The translations under genes were made by a program, and so were the position numbers. From contig JAZTXM010000003.1 of assembly GCA_045636425.1 (NCBI GenBank), positions 4,903 to 68,902 on the forward strand: a DNA stretch of 64,000 nt. Direction: 5' to 3'. The notes under the pieces are model-generated. The model saw only the letters and a program-made list of their open reading frames with translations, was not told the DNA's origin and did no database searches. Positions 53,904 to 64,000 of this stretch are shown piece by piece. Origin of the DNA: Clostridia bacterium. GTDB lineage: Bacteria > Bacillota > Clostridia > UMGS1883. Within the stretch, counting starts at the first letter, position 1; every line of letters starts with the position of its first letter.

Positions 53904-54881
53904 TTAATCTTTTACTTTTTCAAAAACATCAATAAAGGCTGACACTCTTGTATAATCTGCACTTAGTTTTGAGTTGTATTTTATTGCTTCCATATTGCTT
54001 GCCATGCTTTTTGTTGTGTTTATCAATCCGTCGGTCTGACTTGCAATCCCACTTAGGATTCGGTTAGATTCCTGTATAGCCTCATATAGCATATACTGCG
54101 TATTAGCTATAATATCAAGCCTTGATATAACCTCATCGAGTTTGCTTATGATAAGGTTCTGGCGAAGTTCACTCTCATATATATTATAAGCTCCATGCTC
54201 CCCTTTTAACGAATTGCATCTTCCTACTTCAAAGTACTCATAAATTGTTGCTATCGGAACAAGCGAACAATACTTGCTATGTACGACATTTAAAGAATAT
54301 GCACGTTGTAAAATGACTTCAACGCTTTGTAGTTCTTTACTGAATTTATTGATCTCGTTATTTATTTCTGCCACCTTTGTCATACGAAATCTGAAATTAT
54401 TTTCTGCTTTTTGCAGTTTTTCTCTGTAATCATTCTTTTGACCTACATGTCCGAAAATACAGAAAGCACCTATAAGAAGACAAATTACAGCCATTGCTAC
54501 TGCAATTTCTTCTGCCGAAGTGAGAAAAAAACATATGGCTCCTATTAATATGGGTATCTTGGCAAGAAAAATAAAAAAAGAAAATGTTCCGATGATTGTA
54601 GGATTTTCATCGGAAGATATCTTCTCCCGATATTGCAGGCTTTTAGCTTTTTCTTGCAACATCTTAATAATGTTTTCCAAAGTATATTTATGCTGCTCCA
54701 ACGTTTTTACATTTTCTAAAAAAGATACTGTTTGTTCGTATGAAAAAGAATCCACAATTGAGTACTCTTTTCTAATAGCAATACTGTTTTCAGCAAAGAA
54801 TGTTTTTTCGCCACAGTTCATACAAAATTTTTCTTGGCTTGACAGTTCTTTTCCGCAGTTTTCACAAAACATTAATTCCAC
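53904..54881 (-). CDS. zinc-ribbon membrane protein with coiled-coil C-terminal domain
   Basis: FCENCG...CMNCG zinc ribbon, two TM helices and a helical C-terminus. The start is ambiguous between GTG 54881 and ATG 54872. Confidence 0.55.
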   Translation of the reverse strand: MELMFCENCGKELSSQEKFCMNCGEKTFFAENSIAIRKEYSIVDSFSYEQTVSFLENVKTLEQHKYTLENIIKMLQEKAKSLQYREKISSDENPTIIGTFSFFIFLAKIPILIGAICFFLTSAEEIAVAMAVICLLIGAFCIFGHVGQKNDYREKLQKAENNFRFRMTKVAEINNEINKFSKELQSVEVILQRAYSLNVVHSKYCSLVPIATIYEYFEVGRCNSLKGEHGAYNIYESELRQNLIISKLDEVISRLDIIANTQYMLYEAIQESNRILSGIASQTDGLINTTKSMASNMEAIKYNSKLSADYTRVSAFIDVFEKVKD

Positions 54882-55004
54882 ACACCTCTTTATAATATAT
54901 ACTCAGTATAACTGAGTCTTTAGCCAATTATATCCAGTTTATTTTTATTTGTCAATAGTTTATAATATTTATAATAAATAAATACTTGATAGGGTTGAGT
55001 AATT

Positions 55005-55244
55005 ATGCTTAATGAAAACGAATACAAAGGAATTCTTTTAGACATTGGCATCAAAATTGGATACTATCGCAGGAGGGCAGGGATGACGCAGGCGGAGCTT
55101 GCGGAGCATACGGGGCTGACACTTTCGTATATCAGCCAGCTTGAAAGTCCCAATCTTCCCTACTGTCCGTCGATTAAGGCTCTTTTCACCATTGCAAAAG
55201 CGTTGGGAGTGAAAGCGTCTAAAATCATTGAAATTGAAGATTAA
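55005..55244 (+). CDS. XRE-family HTH transcriptional regulator
   Basis: 79 aa with RRRAGMTQAELAEHTGLTLSYISQLE. Divergent from the CHAP operon. Confidence 0.8.
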   Translation: MLNENEYKGILLDIGIKIGYYRRRAGMTQAELAEHTGLTLSYISQLESPNLPYCPSIKALFTIAKALGVKASKIIEIED

Positions 55245-55268
55245 CTTTTTCACGGTTTCATCCTCTTA

Positions 55269-55306
55269 GAAAAGCGAGGCACGCATTTTGCGTACCTCGC
55301 TTTTTC
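55269..55306. terminator. bidirectional terminator
   Basis: GAAAAGCGAGGCACGCA-tttt-GCGTACCTCGCTTTTTC. Confidence 0.8.
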
Positions 55307-55316
55307 ATAGTTTTAT

Positions 55317-56051
55317 TTATATTTCACTCGGTTCAAACATCGGCATCATCTGTAATTTAAACAGATTCATTTTATGCAGTCTGTCAATTCTCGCTTTCTT
55401 TTCTTCATCATCAATCACGCCTGTGCGGATGTAGCGGTCAAGCATTGCGTAGGTAAAGCCCAAGTTTTCCTCATCGGTTTTTCCGCAAAGTCCGTCAATC
55501 GGAACTTTTTCCACAAGGTCGCCGGGAAGCCCCAAAAGATGCCCGATTTCTTTAAGCTCCGTCACCGTGATTTTTGCAAGGGGAGAAAAATCTCCTGCCG
55601 CATCGCCATAGCGAGTGGAATATCCAACCCAATCTTCTGAAAGATTGCACGTGTTTGCAACTCTTCCGTTAAAGCACTGGGAAACTGCATATAAGGTTGC
55701 CATGCGGATTCTGGGAGGAATATTGGTGTTTGCCTGGGTTGTGAGCTCTATTTCCTTGGGAAACGCACCTTTGAGGCCGTCTATAGAATCTTTTACATTT
55801 ATAACAAAATGCTTTATTCCCAAATGTTCCACAAGCTTATATGAGCAGGAAATATCCGCCTGCTCTCCGCAGGGCATCAGAACGCCGATAACACGGTCCT
55901 TTCCAAGGGCTTCTACGCAAAGAGCCGCCACAATGGAGCTGTCTTTTCCGCCTGATATGCCTACAATTGCGTTACAGTCCGGACCGTTTTCTTCAAAGAA
56001 TTTCCTTATCCATTCTACACATTCGTTTTTTACTTTTTGTGCGTTAAACAT
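55317..56051 (-). CDS. nadE: ammonia-dependent NAD+ synthetase
   Basis: GISGGKDSS PP-loop. I prefer start ATG 56051, which lies after the pncA stop. Confidence 0.85.
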   Translation of the reverse strand: MFNAQKVKNECVEWIRKFFEENGPDCNAIVGISGGKDSSIVAALCVEALGKDRVIGVLMPCGEQADISCSYKLVEHLGIKHFVINVKDSIDGLKGAFPKEIELTTQANTNIPPRIRMATLYAVSQCFNGRVANTCNLSEDWVGYSTRYGDAAGDFSPLAKITVTELKEIGHLLGLPGDLVEKVPIDGLCGKTDEENLGFTYAMLDRYIRTGVIDDEEKKARIDRLHKMNLFKLQMMPMFEPSEI

Positions 56052-56056
56052 AATTA

Positions 56057-56587
56057 TCACCCTTTTACAATAATCTGACAAGACCGCATTGTTTCAAGTG
56101 CCGCAAGGTGCTTTTCGGGGGTTACCCCTGCACAGCAGCTTGAGTCTACGCTTATATTAATTTCGGGGAAGCTTGCCTTTAGTATCAGTGCGTTTGAAAC
56201 AACGCAGATGTCGGTGCAAAGACCGATAAGCTCAATTTCCGCATTATCCATATCATTTTCTTCTGCCAGAACAAAAGGCAAATCAACGCTTCCGAAAGTG
56301 ATTTTTTCTATTTCCGTATAGGTATCTTTTTTGTCAAGAGCTTCCTTTACCGCCGCATTTAACTGCCAGCCCTCACTTTCCCTTATGCAGTGAGGAACGG
56401 GAAGATTCTTACCCTCACTTGTTTGCATATAATCCTCATAATGGGTATCGTAGGTCACATATATTTCCCCGTCGAAGCTTTCTATCTTTTTCACCACATT
56501 ATCTACAATTGATGCCGCTTCCTTACTTCCCAATGCACCGTCTACAAAATCGTTCTGCATATCCACTACAATAAGTATTTTTTTCAT
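56057..56587 (-). CDS. pncA: isochorismatase-family cysteine hydrolase, probable nicotinamidase
   Basis: ILIVVDMQNDFVDG and GLCTDICV motifs. Sits upstream of nadE. Confidence 0.7.
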   Translation of the reverse strand: MKKILIVVDMQNDFVDGALGSKEAASIVDNVVKKIESFDGEIYVTYDTHYEDYMQTSEGKNLPVPHCIRESEGWQLNAAVKEALDKKDTYTEIEKITFGSVDLPFVLAEENDMDNAEIELIGLCTDICVVSNALILKASFPEINISVDSSCCAGVTPEKHLAALETMRSCQIIVKG

Positions 56588-56606
56588 ATCATAACTTCCT
56601 TTCTAC

Positions 56607-58700
56607 CTAAAATTCAAATTTAACAGTTCCCTCATCAAGCTTTAAAACGGCTGAAAATGCTTTTCCCGACTTCTTGGAAATGAATCCGTCAATTTTGCCT
56701 GTTTTTCCGCTTTGAAGAAGTGTTTTCATATGAGAAATTGAAATCACTCTGTCAAGGATAACATTATTCACGCTGAATTTACAGCCTTCTTTATATTTGT
56801 CACACCCATATCCGTAGCGTGTTCTTACCACATTGCCTCCGCAAAGAGGGCATATTCCTATATTATCCCCCACAAAGCCGTCATCGGTATCCTGTGCTTC
56901 GGGCATCTTAGTTCTTTCAAAAATTCTGCTGATTTCCCTTTGTGTAAGGAGTATGCTGTCTTTAACGGTTATTTCGCCTTTATACACTTTTTTAAGTGCC
57001 TGTCCTAAGTATGAGGTTTTGTATTTATCCATGCTTATCCCCATACGGCTCAGCGATACAATCAGATTTTCACCGTCGGGAAGTATAGTGTATACATCTT
57101 TTTTGAGAGATATGTATTTGCTGTTTATGGCATTTTCAATTATGCCTGTCCTCGTTGCCTCCGTTCCAAGCTCTAATCCCTCAAAAATTGCACGGTACTC
57201 AGCTTCATCATCCTCATTTTGTGCATTTGCCTTTTCTTCACGGAAAGGATTTTTTAAATAGTTATTAAGCGTTTCAATTGTATAGTGCTTAGGCGGAGAG
57301 GTTTCCTTTTCCTTGGGAGCGAAATTCACATCGATTATATCGCCTTTTTCCAGATTTGGCAGAATCTTGTCCTTTTTGCTGTAATCGTCATACTTTGTCC
57401 AGCCCGGCTCAAGAATAACCGTTCCTTTAAGAATAAACTCCTCCATACCGCCCACATCTATTTTTATTTCGCTTTTTTGAGCTATACATTCCTCACTGCA
57501 AAAAACAGCCACAAAGCGACGCATTATTGTGGAATAAACCTTTGATTCTTCTTCGGAAAGAGCCGTTTTTGCAGGAATTTTATGGGTGGGAGTAAGCGCT
57601 GAGTGGGATTCTATCTTACTATCGTCAAAGATTGTTTTTCCGTCTTTGAACTTAACTGGGTAACCCAGCTTTTCTACTGCGGAAAGAATTTGTTTCACCT
57701 TTCCTTTTTCTGCCGTAGCCATATATTCCGAGTTTGTTCTGGGATAGGTTACATACCCTTTCTCATAAAGCCCCTGCACTATCCGAAGGCTCTCATCCAT
57801 GGGCATTTTATATTTTTTTCCCAGTGCGTTCTGAAGCTTTGTAAGAGAAAACAGCTTTCCGGGCGAAAGGGAATCCTTCTTGGTTTTTTTGTCTGTGACA
57901 ACACCCTTTGCCTCATTATATTTATTGCAAAGTGCCTGTGCCTTGGAAAGGGAATTTTTATCAAATTTTTCCTTGCTTGTAAGCTCTATTTCTCCCCCGC
58001 CCTGCTCCGTCAGACTGTAGGGTGCATAGTATATTTCGGGCTTGAAATTGCGTATCTGCATATCCCTGTCATAAATAGCTTTTACTATAGGCACAATGAC
58101 ACGCCCCACACGCATAAGCGTTCCCGTTTTAAGCGTTGCGTAACGGGTGAGGTTAACTCCGTAAAGCCAGTCTATGAAAGTCCGTGCATAGCCTTCCTTT
58201 GCTAAATTATCATATTCAGACTCGTTTTTTAATTCCGAAAGCCCTTGCCTGATTGTTTCCTCCGTCTGGTCGGGAAGCCACAGCCTTAAAAACGGCTTTT
58301 CCTTACAATCGGCTTTCATTACGCAGGTGCGTACAATGATTTCACCTTCTCTGTCAGCATCGCCTGCATTTATAATCTCGGTTACGTCTTTGCGACAACA
58401 AAGGTCCTTTATGGTTTCAAACTGCTGAATTACTCCGCTGTCGATATTCTTATTGCGGTCCTTTTTCAGCTCGAACTCAAACTTTTCGGGAAAGCACGGA
58501 AGATTTTTCATGCTCCATCTGTTTTCTCCATCGGGATTTGGCGAGTAATACTCTATATCAGCCAAAGAAAACAGATGACCGAAAGCCCATGTAACGATAT
58601 AATCTCCGCCCTCAAAGTGACGGGGATGTTTTTTCATGTTTCCGATTGCCGTCGCGATATTTCGTGCCAAACTCGGTTTTTCCGCAATTATTACTTTCAT
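56607..58700 (-). CDS. topB: DNA topoisomerase III
   Basis: TOPRIM N-terminus (MKVIIAEKPSLA, GDADREGE), the active-site region YVTYPRTNS and C-terminal zinc fingers. Confidence 0.88.
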   Translation of the reverse strand: MKVIIAEKPSLARNIATAIGNMKKHPRHFEGGDYIVTWAFGHLFSLADIEYYSPNPDGENRWSMKNLPCFPEKFEFELKKDRNKNIDSGVIQQFETIKDLCCRKDVTEIINAGDADREGEIIVRTCVMKADCKEKPFLRLWLPDQTEETIRQGLSELKNESEYDNLAKEGYARTFIDWLYGVNLTRYATLKTGTLMRVGRVIVPIVKAIYDRDMQIRNFKPEIYYAPYSLTEQGGGEIELTSKEKFDKNSLSKAQALCNKYNEAKGVVTDKKTKKDSLSPGKLFSLTKLQNALGKKYKMPMDESLRIVQGLYEKGYVTYPRTNSEYMATAEKGKVKQILSAVEKLGYPVKFKDGKTIFDDSKIESHSALTPTHKIPAKTALSEEESKVYSTIMRRFVAVFCSEECIAQKSEIKIDVGGMEEFILKGTVILEPGWTKYDDYSKKDKILPNLEKGDIIDVNFAPKEKETSPPKHYTIETLNNYLKNPFREEKANAQNEDDEAEYRAIFEGLELGTEATRTGIIENAINSKYISLKKDVYTILPDGENLIVSLSRMGISMDKYKTSYLGQALKKVYKGEITVKDSILLTQREISRIFERTKMPEAQDTDDGFVGDNIGICPLCGGNVVRTRYGYGCDKYKEGCKFSVNNVILDRVISISHMKTLLQSGKTGKIDGFISKKSGKAFSAVLKLDEGTVKFEF

Positions 58701-58714
58701 TTCTTGCTCCTTTG

Positions 58715-59089
58715 TCAGTGTTCAAAAAAAGCATTTTTTATAATTTCGGTTTTTATATTTGTAAGCTTGCCGCCTTTTGCATCGGCATTTATAAGAACCG
58801 CATCAAACCGCATAGGGGTATCATAGATTTTCTTTGTCACGGCGTAGTATTTTGCCGTCCTTATAATCTTGTGCTGTTTTCTCACATCGATGGTATCCGC
58901 AGGAGAACCGAAATCGTTATTTTTTCTGAGCCTTACCTCTATAAAACAGGTGTATTCCCCGTCCCTCGCAATAATATCGATTTCACCCATCTTTGTTCTG
59001 TAATTACGCTCTATAATTTTATACCCCTGCTTTTTTATTGCTTGAACGGCAGCCTCCTCGCCTAAATTACCGATAGAAACTGCCGTCAC
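58715..59089 (-). CDS. yraN: YraN-family (UPF0102) endonuclease-like protein
   Basis: GEEAAVQAIKKQGYKIIERNYRTKMGEIDIIA motif. GTG 59089 lies 4 nt after the rnhB stop, and its SD is weak. Confidence 0.7.
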   Translation of the reverse strand: MTAVSIGNLGEEAAVQAIKKQGYKIIERNYRTKMGEIDIIARDGEYTCFIEVRLRKNNDFGSPADTIDVRKQHKIIRTAKYYAVTKKIYDTPMRFDAVLINADAKGGKLTNIKTEIIKNAFFEH

Positions 59090-59093
59090 TTTT

Positions 59094-59732
59094 TCATTCT
59101 TTAACAAATTTTTTAATAAAGGTTTTTCTGTGAATTTCACACGCACCATGCTCCTTTAACGCCTCTATGTGCATTTTTGTTCCGTAACCCTTGTGTTGCT
59201 GGAATCCGTACTCGGGATATTTTTCAGCCATCTGGAGCATATGGCGGTCTCGCGACACTTTTGCAAGTACGGACGCCGCCGCAATACTGAGGCTTTTAGC
59301 ATCGCCTTTGACAACACACTCGTGGGGGTAATTACATTCCTTGATACAGTCGCCGTCAACAATCACATAATCGGGTTTTATATTAAGAGCCTCTATTGCT
59401 CTGTTCATTGCCATATATGTAGCGTTGCGGATATTATACTCATCAATTTCCTCTACGCTTGCCGTTGCCACGGCATAGGAATAGGCAACCTCTTTTATTT
59501 CATCAAAAAGCTTCTCACGCTTTTTCTCCGATATTTTTTTAGAGTCATTAAGCCCCTCAATACAAATATCAGGCGGAAGTATTACCGCTGCGGCATATAC
59601 CTCATCGGCAAGAGGACCTCTCCCTGCTTCATCGACACCTGCAATTATATTGTAGCCTTTTTCAAAAAGAGAGTGCTCAATCTCCCACATGGATTGAAGC
59701 CTTAAAAGTTCCTGTTCTTTCATTTGTTTCAC
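59094..59732 (-). CDS. rnhB: ribonuclease HII
   Basis: AGVDEAGRGPLA and DSKK motifs. Confidence 0.9.
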   Translation of the reverse strand: MKQMKEQELLRLQSMWEIEHSLFEKGYNIIAGVDEAGRGPLADEVYAAAVILPPDICIEGLNDSKKISEKKREKLFDEIKEVAYSYAVATASVEEIDEYNIRNATYMAMNRAIEALNIKPDYVIVDGDCIKECNYPHECVVKGDAKSLSIAAASVLAKVSRDRHMLQMAEKYPEYGFQQHKGYGTKMHIEALKEHGACEIHRKTFIKKFVKE

Positions 59733-60572
59733 CTATTCGATAGTGATTTTACCAAGCTTTGCACCCCTGAACTCGTCAAGAATTACGTTTGCTCCACGCA
59801 GATAGTCCACCTCTCCGCCTTTTACGATGAATCCGCGTTTTCTACAAATTCTTTCAAGAATTTCAAATCCCTGAAGATTATCCTCAAGTTCTATTTTATA
59901 CCTCTCGACAAGCTTTTCGGGATACTTATCGGCAAGGAATTTGCAAAGATTGGCACAAAGCTCCTCGCAATCAAGTATTTCGTCCTTGATTGCACCTGTA
60001 AACGCCAATTTAAGGGCAACCTCCTTATCCTCAAACCTTGGCCAGAGGATTCCGGGGGTATCCAAAAGCTCCATGCCGTTTTTGAGGGTAATCCACTGCT
60101 TACCCCTTGTTACACCGGGGCGGTCGCCTGCCTTTGCCGCAGTTTTTCCGTACAGTTTATTTATAAAAGAGCTTTTTCCCACGTTGGGGATTCCGCACAC
60201 CATAATACGGGGAGGCTTATTAACATATCCGCGAGCTTTGTCACGCTCGGTCTTTTCCTTCAAAAGCTCTTTTACCGCATCAAATACCTTTACAATTCCC
60301 TTGGCATCATTGCAGCTCAGGGCAATTGCATACACACCCTCTTTTTTAAAACGCTCTATCCATTTCTGCGTCTCGATCGGGTCAGCAATATCGCTCTTAT
60401 TTATAATAAGGAGCAATTTTTTATTGCCAATAAGTGAAGGAAGCATAGGGTTGCGGCTGCTTTTGGGGCATCTTGCGTCACACAGCTCTATCACACAGTC
60501 ACACAAACGGATATTTTCCGCTATCATTCTCTTTGTTTTGGTCATATGACCGGGAAACCACTGTATATTCAT
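59733..60572 (-). CDS. rbgA: ribosome biogenesis GTPase A (YlqF)
   Basis: Circularly permuted GTPase with NKSD ... GIPNVGKSS ... DTPG. Confidence 0.9.
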   Translation of the reverse strand: MNIQWFPGHMTKTKRMIAENIRLCDCVIELCDARCPKSSRNPMLPSLIGNKKLLLIINKSDIADPIETQKWIERFKKEGVYAIALSCNDAKGIVKVFDAVKELLKEKTERDKARGYVNKPPRIMVCGIPNVGKSSFINKLYGKTAAKAGDRPGVTRGKQWITLKNGMELLDTPGILWPRFEDKEVALKLAFTGAIKDEILDCEELCANLCKFLADKYPEKLVERYKIELEDNLQGFEILERICRKRGFIVKGGEVDYLRGANVILDEFRGAKLGKITIE

Positions 60573-60594
60573 TTATGCTTCCTCCTTTCATATT

Positions 60595-61236
60595 TTAATA
60601 CAGTTTAGCTTCACTAAAGGGCCAGAATCTTACCTTGGCTTTTCCAAGCACATCGTCAGTGCTTACAGGACCTATTACACGGCTGTCACTGCTATGATTG
60701 CGGTTATCGCCCATTACGAAAATACATCCCTTGGGAACTTCTATATCGGTATATATAAAGCCCTGGCTGTACATCATTGGGTCACCGCTTTTATCATCAT
60801 TAATATACGGCTCGTCAATTTTTACGCCGTCTACATATAATTCGTTTCTGTCAAAATCTATTCTGACATGCTGACCTTCGGTTGCAATCACTCGCTTAAT
60901 CCAGTACCTGTCATCGGTAGCCCTGGACTTAAATACAATTATATCTCCTGCCTCGGGCTCATATCCTAATCTCCACACTACCATTCTGTCATTATGCTTA
61001 AGCGTAGACTCCATGGACTGCCCGTCCACACGGACAACCGTAAACACAAAATTACGGATAAGGATTGCTAAAATCGCCGCTATCGCTATTGCCTGAATCC
61101 ACTCCAGAATTTCTCTCATCATTCCTTTTTTAGCAGGCTTTTCTGTTTCCTGCTCCTCTACCTCACGAATTACTTCCTCTGAATTTACCTTTTCATTTTC
61201 ATTATTTTCCCCTACGGGGTAATTATTCTGCTCCAC
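60595..61236 (-). CDS. lepB: signal peptidase I
   Basis: GQSMESTL Ser motif, the KRVIA Lys motif and GDNRNHSSDSR. GTG start 6 nt after GGAGGG. Confidence 0.88.
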   Translation of the reverse strand: MEQNNYPVGENNENEKVNSEEVIREVEEQETEKPAKKGMMREILEWIQAIAIAAILAILIRNFVFTVVRVDGQSMESTLKHNDRMVVWRLGYEPEAGDIIVFKSRATDDRYWIKRVIATEGQHVRIDFDRNELYVDGVKIDEPYINDDKSGDPMMYSQGFIYTDIEVPKGCIFVMGDNRNHSSDSRVIGPVSTDDVLGKAKVRFWPFSEAKLY

Positions 61237-61305
61237 GAATTTCCCTCCTTAAAACTGAAAAAGAAAAAGAAGCCTGCCTTGTGACAGACTTCCTTCTTTT
61301 GACTA

Positions 61306-61647
61306 TTAAAGTCTTTCCTTAACTTTAGCTGCCTTACCAACTCTGTCACGCAGATAGTACAGTTTAGCACGCTTAACTTTACCGTGTCTTACAACCTCGA
61401 TATGGTCAAGGCTGGGTGAGTTAACAGGGAATGTTCTCTCTACGCCGACACCGTATGAAAGACGTCTTACAGTAAATGTTTCCTGGATGCCGCCATGCTT
61501 CTTAGAGATAACGGTACCTTCAAACATCTGAAGTCTTTCCTTTGCACCTTCCTTTACCTTTACGTACAGCTTTACATAATCACCGATTTCAAGCTTGGGA
61601 AGGTCAGTTCTGATTTGTTCCTGAGTAATCGCCTTTAAAACGTCCAC
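61306..61647 (-). CDS. rplS: 50S ribosomal protein L19
   Basis: 113 aa with [12 protein letters not shown]...[17 protein letters not shown] start after AAGGAGAG. Confidence 0.93.
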   Translation of the reverse strand: MDVLKAITQEQIRTDLPKLEIGDYVKLYVKVKEGAKERLQMFEGTVISKKHGGIQETFTVRRLSYGVGVERTFPVNSPSLDHIEVVRHGKVKRAKLYYLRDRVGKAAKVKERL

Positions 61648-61735
61648 TCAAATCTCTCCTTTCTTACCCACAAACTGTGGTCAAAATAAAGCGTTCTTAC
61701 GAAAGAAATGCAGAGGACCGCTTTTTTACCCGACT

Positions 61736-61764
61736 ACTATATCATACTATTTTTGAAATTGCAA
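61736..61764 (-). promoter_or_regulatory. promoter of rplS
   Basis: On the minus strand: TTGCAA (61764-61759), 17-nt spacer, TATAGT (61741-61736). An 80-nt leader with two hairpins follows. Confidence 0.5.
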
Positions 61765-61781
61765 GCCTTTTTTCCAAAATT

Positions 61782-62084
61782 TTATGCAATTATATTATCC
61801 TCTATAATGTCATCCAACGTTGAGGGAGTGACAAACCCACTGCACAAGCGGTCAATGAACGCTTCCGCTTCCCTCTTGCTTGCAAATATTCCTTCTGCAA
61901 TTTTTCTTTCTCTGACTGTCCTTTCATTGGGAAGCTGTGTGTACATATCAATTCCTATACCATATCTGAAATTTCTTCCCTTTTTATACGGTTTTTCCGT
62001 CTCGCATGTAAAATAGTAGAGTATAATTTTGTCTCCCATTATGCTTTCTGTTTCGGTTTTTCTGATATACATAGGTTCTGCCAT
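61782..62084 (-). CDS. small conserved hypothetical protein
   Basis: 100 aa counted from ATG 62084, which lies 7 nt after AAGGAG. The upstream part of the ORF-track call lacks an SD. Confidence 0.5.
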   Translation of the reverse strand: MAEPMYIRKTETESIMGDKIILYYFTCETEKPYKKGRNFRYGIGIDMYTQLPNERTVRERKIAEGIFASKREAEAFIDRLCSGFVTPSTLDDIIEDNIIA

Positions 62085-62355
62085 GATTCTACTCCTTACT
62101 TTTTTTATTTGGTTCTTTAGATTGTTAGCGTCCTGCTTCACTATCATACCTGCAAAATACGACATTTTCCATAGGCACTTTTTTCCACATATCGCAAAAA
62201 TTATTTTACATATTTTTCCAGTTATTTTCAACAATATATTTTGTTATTCTTTGCATAAAATTTAATAATTATGTAAAATATAGGCGGGAAAACGGCTTTT
62301 TTGGCTGTTTTTCATAAATTTTGCAATGTCAATTTCGCAGAGGAAAAATTTTTCC

Positions 62356-62384
62356 TTGAAATGAAGTTTATATTATATTATAAT
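62356..62384 (+). promoter_or_regulatory. consensus-like promoter of ygiQ
   Basis: TTGAAA (62356-62361), 17-nt spacer, TATAAT (62379-62384). Confidence 0.6.
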
Positions 62385-62441
62385 ATACTATAGATTTTTA
62401 TTGATTATTCAGCAATCTTTAAAAGATTGAAAGGCATAGCT

Positions 62442-64000
62442 ATGAACAACTTGTTTTTACCAATATCAAAAAAGGATATGCAAGAAAGAGGCTGGGATTA
62501 TTACGATTTCCTTTTTATATCAGGTGACGCGTATGTAGACCACCCCTCCTTCGGAACGGCACTTCTTGCAAGACTGCTGGAGGCAAACGGATACAGAGTT
62601 TGCATTTGTCCTCAGCCCGACAGAAACAATCCCAATGCCCTTACCTCTTTCGGCAGGCCCAGACTGGGAATACTGATTTCAGGCGGTGTTATTGATTCAA
62701 TGGTGAATCATTACACTGCTTCGAAGAAAAAACGCAGTAATGATGTTTATTCCCCCGGCGGTAAGGCAGGGCTGAGACCTGACAGATGCGTTATCGTATA
62801 TTCCAATATGGCACGAAATGCTTTTGGGGATATTCCCGTTATTATCGGCGGTACGGAGGCAAGCCTCAGGCGATTCGCCCACTACGATTATTGGCAGGAT
62901 GGCGTACGTCGAAGCATTTTGGTGGACAGCGGTGCTGATATGCTCCTTTTCGGCATGGGAGAAAGAACTCTTCTTACCGTGGCGGAAAAGCTATCTGACG
63001 GTATCCCCATAAATAGAATCACAAATCTTGCGGGGACCTGTTATATTTCGGACAATGTTCCTAAAAACAGCATTGTCCTCCCCTCCTTTGAAAAGGTGCA
63101 AGGCGACAAGGAAAGCTACGCAAGAGCCGCTGCAATGCAGTATTACGAACAGGACAGTATCAGAGGAAAGACATTGGTACAGCAGCACGGGGAAAAGTAT
63201 CTTGTACAGCTCCCTCAGGCAAAGCCTCTTTCCCAAAAAGAAATGGACAAGGTATACGCCCTTAACTATATGCGTGCATGGCATCCCGTTTATGACAAGG
63301 ACGGCGGTATCCCCGCATTGGAGGAAGTAAAATTTTCAATAACCTCCTCAAGAGGGTGTTTCGGAAGCTGTTCATTCTGTGCCTTGACTTTTCATCAGGG
63401 CAGAGTAGTTCAGTCCAGAAGCCACGCATCAATCCTTGCAGAAGCACAAAAGCTTATATGGGATAAGGATTTTAAAGGATATATCCACGATGTGGGAGGA
63501 CCCACGGCAAACTTCCGTTCCCCTGCCTGCCAGAAGCAGCTTAAAAGCGGTACTTGTCGTGACCGACAGTGTCTTTACCCCTCAGTTTGCCCCAATGCAG
63601 ATGTCAGTCACAAGGATTATTCAGAACTTCTCCGTAAACTGAGAGCTCTTCCCAAGGTGAAAAAGGTATTTATAAGAAGCGGTATCAGATACGACTATCT
63701 GATTGCGGATAAGGATGATACATTCTTCCGTGAATTGTGCGAGCACCACGTAAGCGGTCAGCTCAAGGTAGCACCCGAGCATATAAGCGACAATGTACTT
63801 CGCTATATGGGAAAGCCGGGCGTTAGGCAATACGAGAAATTCTGTAAAAAGTTTTATGATATAAATAAAGAAATCGGGAAAGAACAATACCTTGTTCCAT
63901 ATTTAATGTCAAGCCACCCCGGAAGCACACTTCGTGATGCAATAGATTTGGCAGTATATCTAAGGAAGAACAACATCCGCCCCGAACAGGTGCAGGATTT
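62442..64000 (+). CDS. ygiQ: YgiQ-family (UPF0313) radical SAM protein, 3' end outside window
   Basis: I translated it by hand: [38 protein letters not shown]... ...[14 protein letters not shown]... The frame stays open to base 64000, so it is absent from the ORF track, which needs a stop. Confidence 0.85.
   Translation, partial: MNNLFLPISKKDMQERGWDYYDFLFISGDAYVDHPSFGTALLARLLEANGYRVCICPQPDRNNPNALTSFGRPRLGILISGGVIDSMVNHYTASKKKRSNDVYSPGGKAGLRPDRCVIVYSNMARNAFGDIPVIIGGTEASLRRFAHYDYWQDGVRRSILVDSGADMLLFGMGERTLLTVAEKLSDGIPINRITNLAGTCYISDNVPKNSIVLPSFEKVQGDKESYARAAAMQYYEQDSIRGKTLVQQHGEKYLVQLPQAKPLSQKEMDKVYALNYMRAWHPVYDKDGGIPALEEVKFSITSSRGCFGSCSFCALTFHQGRVVQSRSHASILAEAQKLIWDKDFKGYIHDVGGPTANFRSPACQKQLKSGTCRDRQCLYPSVCPNADVSHKDYSELLRKLRALPKVKKVFIRSGIRYDYLIADKDDTFFRELCEHHVSGQLKVAPEHISDNVLRYMGKPGVRQYEKFCKKFYDINKEIGKEQYLVPYLMSSHPGSTLRDAIDLAVYLRKNNIRPEQVQD

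Noticed and set aside
59724-60549. + strand ORFs of 237 aa (59724-60437) and 202 aa (59941-60549).
   Set aside because: They are antisense to the well-supported rbgA GTPase gene.
61648-61735. L19 ribosomal-protein leader upstream of rplS.
   Set aside because: A leader of about 80 nt with two hairpins exists (AAAGCG...CGCUUU and CCACA-GUUU-GUGGG). I cannot confirm from memory that it matches the Rfam L19 leader consensus.

Overview
Chromosomal core segment of a spore-forming Firmicute with Clostridia-like gene content (rnfCDGEAB, sigH, cwlD plus a cortex deacetylase, SLH proteins plus CsaB). I call about 62 protein genes. I saw no rRNA, tRNA, CRISPR array, transposase or phage module. Bases 1-13345 (+ strand) hold a complete arginine cluster: argC (partial)-argJ-argB-argD-argF-carA-carB-argG-argH. 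The rest is mostly housekeeping: alaS, uppP, ftsK, sigH, a CadC/CadA-type metal efflux unit, the rnf operon, csaB, tyrS, a BY-kinase capsule module, rnhA, ruvX, cwlD, a RodA-family protein, a MarR plus heterodimeric ABC exporter unit, a CHAP/SLH autolysin operon, nadE/pncA, topB, rnhB, rbgA, lepB, rplS and ygiQ (partial, absent from the ORF track). Four things stand out. (1) A family of four 230-255 nt multi-helix elements that I cannot classify. Each has compensatory base changes in several helices and a copy-specific cassette, and each sits 1-8 nt after a stop codon; three of the four lie inside the arg cluster. (2) The arg-cluster carbamoyl-phosphate synthetase is non-canonical. CarA has lost all three glutaminase triad residues. 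CarB is fused in frame to a DapF-like domain whose first catalytic Cys is Ala. (3) A roughly 180 nt structured leader precedes an SLH surface-protein gene and matches no riboswitch class I can recall. (4) An SLH-anchored CHAP hydrolase carries three Cys/His-rich repeats and is flanked by zinc-ribbon membrane proteins. All folding, alignment and motif calls were made by eye, with no database search or folding program. Gene starts were refined manually from SD spacing.
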